Of a DNA stretch of 64,000 nucleotides, positions 38,398 to 48,267 are shown piece by piece. The translations under genes and the position numbers were made by a program. This stretch comes from an uncultured Erysipelotrichaceae bacterium (GTDB lineage: Bacteria; Bacillota_I; Bacilli_A; RFN20; CAG-826). The notes under the pieces were generated by a model, which saw only the letters and a program-made list of their open reading frames with translations, did not search any database and had not been told where the DNA came from. Location: contig OMWW01000006.1 of assembly GCA_900314865.1 (NCBI GenBank), positions 21,828-85,827 of the forward strand, given 5' to 3'. The first letter of the stretch is position 1, and the number at the start of each line of letters is the position of its first letter.

Positions 38398-41300
38398 ATG
38401 ATTAAAGTCAACTTGCTCGCTGTACTATTTGCGGGAGTAGCAATGAGTGCAACCGCAGCACATGACGCTCAACCTCACCAAGCTTTGAAAGAAAGAGACA
38501 CAAGAATTATTGTTGAAGTCGATCGTAGCTTGAAGAATTTGAGTAAAGAAGGCATTGATAACACTCAAAATATTGTCTTAAACCGTATTAAGAGTAATGT
38601 CACAAGTAACATTGAAGTTATCTCTCGTTATTCTTACTTAAACAACGCCTTTGCGATTTCCGTTAATGATGATTATGTTGAGCAAATCAAATCATTACCA
38701 GGTGTTAAGAGTGTGACATATGATAAAGTCCACTTTAAAACCTATAGTGTTCCTACTGAAGGTGATTACGCGACTGGCTCCATGTATGAAGCTATGGATA
38801 CTGATGGAGACCATTCTGGAGACATCTATGGTGGCGAGGAAAACGTTTCCGCGACAACCATGAATAAACCAGAAGACACCAACGATGGTGAAGGAACAGT
38901 CGTCGCTATCCTTGATAACGAATTCTATCTCCGTACCGAACACAAAGAAGACGGCACAACCGTTCCAACATGGTATCACGAAGTTTATACCGAACTTCCT
39001 GAAGGCACCAATGTGAAATGGAAAACACGTCCTGATATTTCTGAAACATTTGCAGTTACTGATAGTAGAGTCAGAAATAAGATTAACGACAATCTTGGTA
39101 AAGAAGGTTCCTTGTACTTAAATAACAAAGTTCCTTATTACTTCGATTACGGTGGAGAAAGTAAACCAGATTCTCGTGGTAAGTTCTATGAAGACTTCGA
39201 TGTCTCTAGTGAAATTACTTTCCATGGTAGCCACGTTTCTTCAATTACCGCTGCTAATGCCGAACATTACAAAGGCATTGCTCCAAAAGCTCAATTAGCG
39301 TTGATGAAAGTCTTCACTAACTTAGAAGCTGATGAAATTGAAAAGAAATTAGGCTTAGGCGATTCTACTGGTGCTTATGACATCCCATTATTAAACGCTC
39401 TTGAAGACTGTATGGCCTTAGGAGTTGATGGAATTAACATGTCCTTAGGTAGTGATCTTAACGACTTCGATTTAGATTCAATTACTTTAAAGACACTTCA
39501 AAATCTCTCGAATGCAGGTATTTTGACTTCCATCTCTGCTGGTAACGCTGGTAAAACATCTTATGCGTTTGCTGGTCCATATGGTAACTGGACAACCGAT
39601 ATGGTGGAAACTGGTATCTTAGGTAGTTATGCCAATAACCACAACTCCACATCTGTCGCGTCCTCTCACGCTTTAAAGAGTTACTACACAACCGCATTCA
39701 GATTCTCCGATAGATTAGTCGCTTATGAAGATCAAATCTTAACTGAAGGATTCTATGCTGGTTCATACACCAAAGAATACAAACTCGAAGATTTAATTAC
39801 TGAAGAAAAACCAACCATCGATTACGTTTATTTTGATGGATTTGGTGTTGCTGGTGACTATACCGAAAGTGTTGATGGCAAAATCGTCGTCGTCAACCGT
39901 GGTCAAACCAGTTTCTCTGATAAATTAGAACAAGCTAGTGGTCATGGTGCAATAGGTCTTGTCATTATCAATAACGACCCAACCAGCACTGACTTCAACT
40001 TCCATATTTCTTTAGGTGAAATCACTGATCCAGGTATGCCAATTGCCTTATGTTTGTTCTCTGACAAGCAATACTTCAAACAAAATGCACATGGTACCTT
40101 AACCAAAGATAACTTCTTAGGTGATGATCACGTTCAAGATAATGTTAGAGCCGGTACCTTATCTACTTACTCCTCTGATGGTGCGACATTCGACTTAGAT
40201 CTCAAACCAGACATCACCGCTCCTGGTGATAGCATTAGAGGTGCATGTCCTCCACAAACCAAAGAAGATAAGTTAGAAAGACCAACTTGGTCCTATACAT
40301 TTATCTCTGGTACTTCTATGAGTGCTCCTAACTACGCTGGTGTTCAAGCCTTAATGCTCTCTAAAGAAACAAAGAGCTTCTATGGTGAAAACGCTGAAGT
40401 TAAGACTTTAGAAGATATCAATAAATACAAATCCACAATCGATATGAGAGTTGCCTCTACCGCAAATCCTCTTAACGATTATGAATATGATCCAGAATAT
40501 TTCGAACTTAATGCTCCAAATACTCTTGATCCACTTGATCCAGCTAATGACGCCTATAAACTCTATAGAGTCTCCTCACCTCGTATTCAAGGCGCAGGCT
40601 TAGTTGACATCGATAGCGCTTATAACACTAAAGTCTACTTAAGTGGTTATGATTCCAACGTTGAAGGTCACTCCATCAACAGAACCAAGATCAATTTAAG
40701 AAACAATAGTGAAATCAATAGTGGTATTGTTCACCTTGAATTTGACGCTCATAACGAAGATAGCATCGCTCACTCATATAACGTTAGCTACTCTATCCTT
40801 AGACCAGCCGTCAAATATAGCAACGAATTCGTTTCTAGTGAATATAACGTCTTAGATGAAATTGATTCCCTTGAAGCCTTCACTGGTTTCAAATCTTGGA
40901 AACAAGATATTATTCCAGATCAATCCGAACAAGGTTATCACGTTGACAATTACCTCTACACTGTTCCTGGTAATGTCAAAGACAACGATGTATTCAAGAT
41001 TTCTAAAGATATTGAATACTACGCTAACGAAGCCGACTTACCAACCTATAATCCAGAAACAGGTAAACTTGAAGGCGGTACAAAGACCTTATGGAAAGCT
41101 GGAAATTATGTCTATGATTCCTCAATCAACTCCATACAAAAGTGGAGAGTGTTAGACAAATATCCATATCAATCCACTCAAGATACAATTATTGATACTG
41201 TTGACTTTGGCACTGTTGTTGTTGAAGCTAACGGAAGCACACATATCGATTTAGGTGCACATCAATTAAGTTCTACTGTCTTAGATGAAATCAATGAGTT

Positions 41301-42723
41301 CTTCGAATATGGCACATATTTAGAAGGATTTGTCACCATGACAGAAACTACTGATATTGAAAAGAAAATCGACTTAAGTATCCCATGGATGGGATTCTAC
41401 GCTGGCGAAGGCCGTGATTATGGCGATGCTCCAGTCGTGGAACCATTCGACTTCGATAAAGAAGAAGGAAAGATTTATCCATCTGATTTAATCAATGATA
41501 TCTCCTCCTCCTTAATGGGTAAGGGTAACGCTGACTTTGGTTCAACCATGGTTAGTGCCTATGTTGAAGAAGGCAAAGAATTCAACTTTGATCTCGTTCT
41601 TGATAACGATAACAACTTGAATAACATGGCCAAGAATTCTCCAACTATCAACCCAATGGGTGAATACACAGTTACTAACGAAGATGGCTCAACCGAAACT
41701 AAGAAAGACGGTGACCACTTATACGCTGGTAACCCATATTACAGTAACACTATCGTCTTACAACAATACGTGATGCGTTCTGTTATGGATAACTACTTCA
41801 CCATTACCAATAAGGAAACTGGTCAAGTCTATTGTAAGAGTGTTCTCTTAGATTCTATCTATGATAGATACTATGGTAGCGCTTCACAAATGGGCAAATA
41901 TCCATTATTCAAGTCACATGTTGATCAATCCTTCATGTCCGGCGGTGTTATGGCCCATAGAGCGTACGCAATTATACCTCTATATAATCCAAATAATGGT
42001 GTAGCCTTCCCAAGTGGCGATTACGAACTCAAGTTCAATTATCAATTAGCCGCTAACGAAGAATGGGTTTCTAAATCTTGCACACTCCACATTGATAGTG
42101 AATCACCAATGGTGAGCACCATCTCTAGTGGTGATGAAGTTTCCATCAAGATTAAAGATGCAAACTTAGAAAGCGTCGCAATGGGTGGTAAAGTTCAAAA
42201 ATTCGAATACAACTCTGATGGTGAAGCCGTTGTTAAGCTCAAGAAGAATGAACTCAAAGACTTAATCAACGACAACTTCAACGAAGACTTCGAATGTGGT
42301 CGTTTATTCGTCACTATGACTGATAAAGCCTATGGCAAGAACAATGCAATTATTAAGTTCCAAGCCAAAGCTGGAGCGGTCTATGATGAAGACTTCAACC
42401 CAATCGTTGACTATTTCTACAACAATTACACAATCGTACAAGCTCGCTCCCTCAAATTCTCATACGACTTTGAAGTCGTGAACAACATGGTCCACATGGT
42501 GGAAGTTGACGAGTACGGTAATGTTAATCCAATAAGTATTGACGAGCACTTATACATTCATCAAAGTAGCGATGAACCATACACATACACAGTTACATCT
42601 GGTGGTTGTGGTGGTAACGTCTCTACAACAAGCATCGTCCTTACTGCCTTATCAAGCACATTTATCCTCTTACTTGCGGCAGTTATGATTAAAAACAAAA
42701 AGAAAAGATTTGGAGGTAAATAA
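38398..42723 (+). CDS. Cell-envelope S8 serine protease (lactocepin/PrtP-like: I9 prodomain, S8, PA domain), C-terminal TM anchor
   Basis: AAGGAGG SD and signal peptide. Triad AILD / FHGSHV / SGTSMSAP; SAGN; NRG..F.DK PA domain; LKPDITAPG; SPRIQGAG. Confidence 0.9.
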   Translation: MIKVNLLAVLFAGVAMSATAAHDAQPHQALKERDTRIIVEVDRSLKNLSKEGIDNTQNIVLNRIKSNVTSNIEVISRYSYLNNAFAISVNDDYVEQIKSLPGVKSVTYDKVHFKTYSVPTEGDYATGSMYEAMDTDGDHSGDIYGGEENVSATTMNKPEDTNDGEGTVVAILDNEFYLRTEHKEDGTTVPTWYHEVYTELPEGTNVKWKTRPDISETFAVTDSRVRNKINDNLGKEGSLYLNNKVPYYFDYGGESKPDSRGKFYEDFDVSSEITFHGSHVSSITAANAEHYKGIAPKAQLALMKVFTNLEADEIEKKLGLGDSTGAYDIPLLNALEDCMALGVDGINMSLGSDLNDFDLDSITLKTLQNLSNAGILTSISAGNAGKTSYAFAGPYGNWTTDMVETGILGSYANNHNSTSVASSHALKSYYTTAFRFSDRLVAYEDQILTEGFYAGSYTKEYKLEDLITEEKPTIDYVYFDGFGVAGDYTESVDGKIVVVNRGQTSFSDKLEQASGHGAIGLVIINNDPTSTDFNFHISLGEITDPGMPIALCLFSDKQYFKQNAHGTLTKDNFLGDDHVQDNVRAGTLSTYSSDGATFDLDLKPDITAPGDSIRGACPPQTKEDKLERPTWSYTFISGTSMSAPNYAGVQALMLSKETKSFYGENAEVKTLEDINKYKSTIDMRVASTANPLNDYEYDPEYFELNAPNTLDPLDPANDAYKLYRVSSPRIQGAGLVDIDSAYNTKVYLSGYDSNVEGHSINRTKINLRNNSEINSGIVHLEFDAHNEDSIAHSYNVSYSILRPAVKYSNEFVSSEYNVLDEIDSLEAFTGFKSWKQDIIPDQSEQGYHVDNYLYTVPGNVKDNDVFKISKDIEYYANEADLPTYNPETGKLEGGTKTLWKAGNYVYDSSINSIQKWRVLDKYPYQSTQDTIIDTVDFGTVVVEANGSTHIDLGAHQLSSTVLDEINEFFEYGTYLEGFVTMTETTDIEKKIDLSIPWMGFYAGEGRDYGDAPVVEPFDFDKEEGKIYPSDLINDISSSLMGKGNADFGSTMVSAYVEEGKEFNFDLVLDNDNNLNNMAKNSPTINPMGEYTVTNEDGSTETKKDGDHLYAGNPYYSNTIVLQQYVMRSVMDNYFTITNKETGQVYCKSVLLDSIYDRYYGSASQMGKYPLFKSHVDQSFMSGGVMAHRAYAIIPLYNPNNGVAFPSGDYELKFNYQLAANEEWVSKSCTLHIDSESPMVSTISSGDEVSIKIKDANLESVAMGGKVQKFEYNSDGEAVVKLKKNELKDLINDNFNEDFECGRLFVTMTDKAYGKNNAIIKFQAKAGAVYDEDFNPIVDYFYNNYTIVQARSLKFSYDFEVVNNMVHMVEVDEYGNVNPISIDEHLYIHQSSDEPYTYTVTSGGCGGNVSTTSIVLTALSSTFILLLAAVMIKNKKKRFGGK

Positions 42724-42725
42724 TA

Positions 42726-45700
42726 ATGAAAAAAGGTTTTAAATACTTATTATTCCTTGGTAGCGCTTTAGTCCTTACCACAACTGCTTGTGGTAGCGAC
42801 AATAGCGGTGGCGACACTCCTGTTGCCCCTATTACCTTCTCTTTCACTTTGAAACTTGAGAAAAAAGGTTCTAGCATCAACAAACTCTTCGTTGGTGATG
42901 AAGATACCTTAGTTCCAGTTCCAACTATCTTAGATGAAGGTAGAGTTTATGAATTCTCTTCCAATAACACCGCTATCGTTATCGATAAAGATACCGGTAA
43001 ATTCAAAGTTATGAGTGTTCCAACTGGTTCAACCAAAGTTGTCACCTTAACTGCGAAAGAGAAAAAGAGTGGCAAATCTGCTCGTTTAAGATTCTCCATT
43101 GAAGAAGCTTCTCCAAGTGCTAACGGTGGTAGAGATTACTCCACCAGCGTGAAAGAAAAGACCGATATCATCGGTAAACTTGAAGAATACGCAATGAAGA
43201 ACTTCTTAACTGGTATGCCAATCTTCGAAAATGGTGGTTGGGTGAGATACGCTGACCGTGTCAAACTCGGTACTACTGACTACATTCCAGGTTATGGATT
43301 TGGTTTACTCAGAGAAGGTAAATTAACCGCTACAAATACTAAGGTTGCGGCTAAATATGGCGATTATTTACTTAACGCTATGTCTGAAGACCCAGCAACC
43401 ATCAATGCTTGGCAAGCTCAAGGTAGCCAAGTCATGGATCTTAATGGTTACATTACTTCTTCATTCTGGGGCACAAAATTAAATGCCACCAAGACAGACT
43501 ACGAATGGTATCCAATTTTAGCTTTAAATGATGATCCAATCGCAATCTATGACCAACCTAACGCTTTAGGTAACTACAAGACCTGGCGTGTCTATCTCCG
43601 TACTGGTGAAGACAAAAATGGTAGCTTAATTGCTCCTAAAGATGGTGGTATCTACTATAGATCCTCCCTTGATAATGGTTTCAACAATAGACCAATTAGA
43701 GCAGAAGACTACTTATTTACCTTTAAATTATTATTACAAGGTAGAACCGCGCTTCTCCGTGGTACTGAACTCGCCACTGATACTTCTTATGGATTTAGAG
43801 GTGGTAGCCAATTCAACAAACAATCCAAGAACTGGTCTCCAGCAGAAATTACTGCTAAATTCAAAGAATGGATGGATAACGGTAAACTTGGTATCAAACT
43901 CGATTGGGACACTAATGAATCCAGTCAATTTAAAAACAAACCATATATCGATTTCACATTTATCAACGCAATCGATGAATTTACCGCTAAATACACATTA
44001 GCGAGTAACTTATACTCACCATTACCACAAGCGTTCTTAGAAACTATTGATTCTGATTACACTGCTGCTGGTAAGAAATACGGAACCATTTCTGGTTCTT
44101 CTATCCAAGCTCACGTCTTAGGTGTTGGTCCATATTACTTAGATGAATGGAACAACAAGACCAGTGAAATTCTCTTCTTGAGAAACAATGACTGGTATGA
44201 AGTTAATGCGACTACATATCAAATTCCTGGCATTTACATTTCCGTCGTTGGAAGTGACGCCGAAGCTCAATTCAATACCTTTAATACTGGTGTTCTTGAT
44301 AGCACAGGCTTCCCAAAATCCCAGATTGATAAAGCTGGTAGTGGTAACGACTATCAAACCGTTGGTAGTTCTACCTTCAAACTCAACATTAACTCATGTA
44401 CCGATACAAGATGGCACGAACTCTTTGGTCCTAACGGAAAAGTTAAGAGAACTGATGATCGTGTTATCAAGCCATGGATGAGTAACAAAAACTTCTTAAA
44501 CGGATTATTCTGGTCTTTAGACAGAAATAAATTCGCAACAGATAGAGGTGTTCAACCATCAGTTAACTACTTTGCTGATACATATTTGAGCAATCCTCAA
44601 ACTAAAGATCCTGCAGAAATCAAAGTCTATAACTACACCCCACAACACGAAGCTGCTTTACGTTCATTTGGTATTGATCCAGATGATGGCAAATATGGCT
44701 ATGACTTAGGTGTTGCTAAAGATTACTTTGAAGCAGGCACACTTGAAATGATTAGAAGTGGCGATATCGAAGCTGGTACTTCATCTAATCCAACCACAAT
44801 TGAAATTGAAGTTTGGTGGATGGCCCAATCTGATAAAACCGAATACGGCACTGACGTTGCTTACTATTTCGAAAAAGCATTTAACGATGCTTGTAGGAAA
44901 CACGGTGTTATCTTACACGTCGAAAATAAAGCTGTTACCCTTTGGGAAGAAGTTTACGACAAACACTTACAAGTCGGTGACTTTGACCTCGGCTTTGGTG
45001 CAATTAGTGGTAACACCTTAAATCCTCTTAACTTCTTAGAAGTTCTTAAGAGTGACAACTCCTCTGGATTCACCCTTAACTGGGGCGCTGATACTGGTGT
45101 TGTCGATGACAAACAACCAATCGAATACGATGGCGAAAAATGGTCCTATGACGCCTTATGGGCGGCTGGAGACCACGGCACCATCGTTAAAGAAGGTGTT
45201 GAAACTAAACCAGTTGATTCTTCTTACTTACTCCCACCAACCAGTGATGAAGCTGGTTTGAGCCCATTAACTGGTGGAGATCTCCGTAATGGTGGCTATG
45301 TCCGTATTAAGATTAACTTTGCTAACGTCCCAGATTTAGTTACAGACGTTAACAAGATTTCATTAAGTGTCCTCGGTTCTGAAGGCCTTGAAATCACTGG
45401 TGAAGATATTAAGAAAGTCTTTGATGATAATGGAAGAATCGTTGAAATTTACTTCCGTGTCGATAAAGAAATCGCTGAGCAATTCAACGATGATATCGCA
45501 GCCACTGATACATGGAAAGCTTTAATCAAAGCTCTTGATGACAAATATGCTGATAAACCAGAAGATCCTACCTATAAAAAAGAAAGAGACGCCTTATTAC
45601 ACTCCTTCACCAAAGATAATTATGGTATGACTTGGTCTATCGACTTGTATTACACATTCTCCATTGCTGGCGGCGATGCGATTGAAAACTTCGTCTACGT

Positions 45701-45764
45701 TGACGCTAGTGCTAGCGATGTTGAACCTAGCGGCAAACTTAATTCTTATCGTTTACATAGATAA
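42726..45764 (+). CDS. oppA: Large oligopeptide-binding lipoprotein (OppA-like, SBP family 5)
   Basis: Lipobox LTTTAC; IRAEDYLFTFK, GVGPYYLDEW and GDFDLGFG motifs; upstream of oppBCDF. Confidence 0.7.
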   Translation: MKKGFKYLLFLGSALVLTTTACGSDNSGGDTPVAPITFSFTLKLEKKGSSINKLFVGDEDTLVPVPTILDEGRVYEFSSNNTAIVIDKDTGKFKVMSVPTGSTKVVTLTAKEKKSGKSARLRFSIEEASPSANGGRDYSTSVKEKTDIIGKLEEYAMKNFLTGMPIFENGGWVRYADRVKLGTTDYIPGYGFGLLREGKLTATNTKVAAKYGDYLLNAMSEDPATINAWQAQGSQVMDLNGYITSSFWGTKLNATKTDYEWYPILALNDDPIAIYDQPNALGNYKTWRVYLRTGEDKNGSLIAPKDGGIYYRSSLDNGFNNRPIRAEDYLFTFKLLLQGRTALLRGTELATDTSYGFRGGSQFNKQSKNWSPAEITAKFKEWMDNGKLGIKLDWDTNESSQFKNKPYIDFTFINAIDEFTAKYTLASNLYSPLPQAFLETIDSDYTAAGKKYGTISGSSIQAHVLGVGPYYLDEWNNKTSEILFLRNNDWYEVNATTYQIPGIYISVVGSDAEAQFNTFNTGVLDSTGFPKSQIDKAGSGNDYQTVGSSTFKLNINSCTDTRWHELFGPNGKVKRTDDRVIKPWMSNKNFLNGLFWSLDRNKFATDRGVQPSVNYFADTYLSNPQTKDPAEIKVYNYTPQHEAALRSFGIDPDDGKYGYDLGVAKDYFEAGTLEMIRSGDIEAGTSSNPTTIEIEVWWMAQSDKTEYGTDVAYYFEKAFNDACRKHGVILHVENKAVTLWEEVYDKHLQVGDFDLGFGAISGNTLNPLNFLEVLKSDNSSGFTLNWGADTGVVDDKQPIEYDGEKWSYDALWAAGDHGTIVKEGVETKPVDSSYLLPPTSDEAGLSPLTGGDLRNGGYVRIKINFANVPDLVTDVNKISLSVLGSEGLEITGEDIKKVFDDNGRIVEIYFRVDKEIAEQFNDDIAATDTWKALIKALDDKYADKPEDPTYKKERDALLHSFTKDNYGMTWSIDLYYTFSIAGGDAIENFVYVDASASDVEPSGKLNSYRLHR

Positions 45765-45783
45765 GTAGAAAGGAGTTTATATT

Positions 45784-47037
45784 ATGAAAAAAGCATTCCT
45801 TTCACTATTAGGTTTAACTGGAGTTCTCGCATTAGCAGGCTGTGGTGCTACCGAGGAAACAATTCATGTTCCTGGTAAACCAGAAGTCCCTGTTAAAATC
45901 GACGCCAAAAGTATCGATACCGACAAAGAACGCTTTATTCTTGGTCCTGGTGAATCTGAATCTATTCTTGCTTACGTCACTCCGCTTCTTGCAACTGGCC
46001 AAGGTTTGAAATTCGAAACTGGTAATCCTGATGTCGCTTATTACGACCCAGAAGATATGCGAATTCACGCTGTTAATGAAGGAAGCACTGCCTTAACTAT
46101 TTCTTCTTTAAGTAATGAAGAAGTATGCAAGGTTATTCCAGTTCTTGTTGAACCAGTGATTAAAGATGTCAAATTTAATGATCCTTTAAATACTGCTGTT
46201 TCTTTAACAAGAAAATTAAAGAATTACCAAGACGCGAAGATGCAAAACTATAACAAGATTATTCAAAAGAAAACTAAGGGTTATTATATCACCCTTAAGA
46301 ATGGTGAACTTTATCGTTACACCAAGATGAGTAATGTCTTTACTGTTTCTGTTGATGATGCTTTATTCTCATTGTCACAACAATTTGAGACCAAATCTCT
46401 TGGTGACGACTATTCCAATATTTCTAAAGTTGAATATACCTTTGTAGTTTATGATGATTACACAAACGCGATATTCAAAAGAAATGACAATATTGCTAAC
46501 CGTTTCCAAGAATTAAAAACAGGTGAATATATTGGTGTTTATTCTAGATATGAAGTCCTTGGCAAGATCTTAGGCGCTTTCTTCACTAGAGGAAGCTCCA
46601 TTATGACTGATGTTGTTGATGAAATTCTTAATCAAAGTTATCTCAATGGTGGAGATGATTTTAAAGAATATAGAACCAATAATTCATTTACAAATAAGTT
46701 CTATGGCACTTATGAAGATGAAGAAAAAACTTATGTTGATTCATTAACCTATTCTTCATACCGTGAAGGTAGCTTTGGAACTGTCGGTGCAGATGAAGAA
46801 AGTACATTCGAAGTTCCTGCTGGTTCACCTATTAAAGGATATGAACATTTAGTCCATTCCTGGGTAGATGGATACTACGCAAAAGAACTCACTGATATCT
46901 GCTATAATTTCTACGTTGGTGACGATATCTACTCATATATTGTTTATCATGAAGACACATATGACAATTCTTTGAGCCGTGTCGATAATCCAAATAAAGA
47001 AGAATATAACAGAGTTTATTCCCTTAGTGATTTATAA
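45784..47037 (+). CDS. Lipoprotein with Ig-like (Big_2-like) domain
   Basis: Lipobox LALAGC; FETGNPDVA..IHAVNEGSTALTI Ig-like pattern. Confidence 0.7.
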   Translation: MKKAFLSLLGLTGVLALAGCGATEETIHVPGKPEVPVKIDAKSIDTDKERFILGPGESESILAYVTPLLATGQGLKFETGNPDVAYYDPEDMRIHAVNEGSTALTISSLSNEEVCKVIPVLVEPVIKDVKFNDPLNTAVSLTRKLKNYQDAKMQNYNKIIQKKTKGYYITLKNGELYRYTKMSNVFTVSVDDALFSLSQQFETKSLGDDYSNISKVEYTFVVYDDYTNAIFKRNDNIANRFQELKTGEYIGVYSRYEVLGKILGAFFTRGSSIMTDVVDEILNQSYLNGGDDFKEYRTNNSFTNKFYGTYEDEEKTYVDSLTYSSYREGSFGTVGADEESTFEVPAGSPIKGYEHLVHSWVDGYYAKELTDICYNFYVGDDIYSYIVYHEDTYDNSLSRVDNPNKEEYNRVYSLSDL

Positions 47038-47064
47038 TATTGAAACATTCAAAATTATAAAACT

Positions 47065-47093
47065 GACACCTCGAAATTCGGGGTGTCTTTTTT
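47065..47093 (+). terminator. Intrinsic terminator
   Basis: GACACCTCGA-AAT-TCGGGGTGTC followed by TTTTTT. Confidence 0.85.
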
Positions 47094-47149
47094 ATACTAC
47101 AAATATGTGAATTTACTTGGATTATAAATCAAGTATTTATAATGTGTGC

Positions 47150-47197
47150 TTGAATAGATATATTGACTAATATATAATAGACAAACAGTTTGTTTAT
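47150..47197 (+). promoter_or_regulatory. oppB promoter with inverted-repeat operator
   Basis: TTGAAT-17-TATAAT (47150-47178); ATAGACAAAC-A-GTTTGTTTAT at 47177-47197 (9/10 inverted repeat). Confidence 0.6.
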
Positions 47198-47226
47198 AAA
47201 ACAAAATGGGAAAGGAAGAAGGATAA

Positions 47227-48267
47227 ATGTTAAAGTATTCAATTAAAAGAGTTATCTTGGCCTTGATTACCGCGTTTATTATTTTATCCCTCACGTTCTT
47301 ACTCGTCAGGTCGCTTCCAATTTCCGCTGCTGCGGCAGGTAGTAAAGAAAACGTTATTCGTGCTTTTATGCTGCAACAACAAGAATTTGGATATGTGCAA
47401 TTTTATAGCACGCCGCAATCTGATTTAGGTAAGTTAATCGTGGAGTTCCACGGTTATGATGGTGATGAATATGTTTACGCTAAACCAATCATTGAACAAT
47501 ATTTCTCTTGGCTTAAAAACATCTTCACTAAATTTGACTGGGGTATTTCGATCTCGATTGAGCCAGAAAGTACCGCTCTTGAAATCATCGCTCGTAAATT
47601 ACCAACCTCAATGTATATCAATATCGTTGCGGTTGTCGTATCAGTACCATTAGGTATTGCTTTAGGTATTTTAGCGGGCTTAAAGAAAAACACATGGGTT
47701 GACCATTTAATTTCCACCCTTGTTATGATTTTCATTTCCATCCCATCTTTCGTTGTCATCTCATTCCTGATGTACATCTTCTGTTTTAAAAACAACCTGT
47801 TACCACCTAAGTGGCCTAGCCCTGCAGACACCTTGCAGAATAGGGTCTTAGGTTATGTTATCCCGGTTATGGCCTTATCATTTGGAAGTATTTGTGGCTA
47901 CACTCGTTTCGTAAGAGCGGAACTCTGTGAAGTTATGTCTTCCGAATACCTCTTACTTGCTAGAACTAAAGGCTTAACCAAAAATCAAGCAATCACTAGA
48001 CACGCGCTTAAAAATGCGTTCGTCCCAATCTTGCCAAGTATTCTTGCGGAATTCATTGGTATCTTTGGTGGTTCTATGATTCTTGAAAAATTATATTCTA
48101 TCCCAGGTATTGGTAACCTCTATATTCAGGCTATCAACACCAAAGACTATAACGTGTTAATGGTTGATATGGCGATTTTCGTGACTGTTGGCTTACTCGC
48201 TGGTATTATCCTTGACTTGTCTTACGGCTTCATTGATCCTCGTATTAGAATGGGAGAAAAGAGATAA
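47227..48267 (+). CDS. oppB: Oligopeptide ABC permease OppB
   Basis: EYLLLARTKGL..HALKNA EAA loop, IPGIG and IDPRIR. Confidence 0.93.
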   Translation: MLKYSIKRVILALITAFIILSLTFLLVRSLPISAAAAGSKENVIRAFMLQQQEFGYVQFYSTPQSDLGKLIVEFHGYDGDEYVYAKPIIEQYFSWLKNIFTKFDWGISISIEPESTALEIIARKLPTSMYINIVAVVVSVPLGIALGILAGLKKNTWVDHLISTLVMIFISIPSFVVISFLMYIFCFKNNLLPPKWPSPADTLQNRVLGYVIPVMALSFGSICGYTRFVRAELCEVMSSEYLLLARTKGLTKNQAITRHALKNAFVPILPSILAEFIGIFGGSMILEKLYSIPGIGNLYIQAINTKDYNVLMVDMAIFVTVGLLAGIILDLSYGFIDPRIRMGEKR

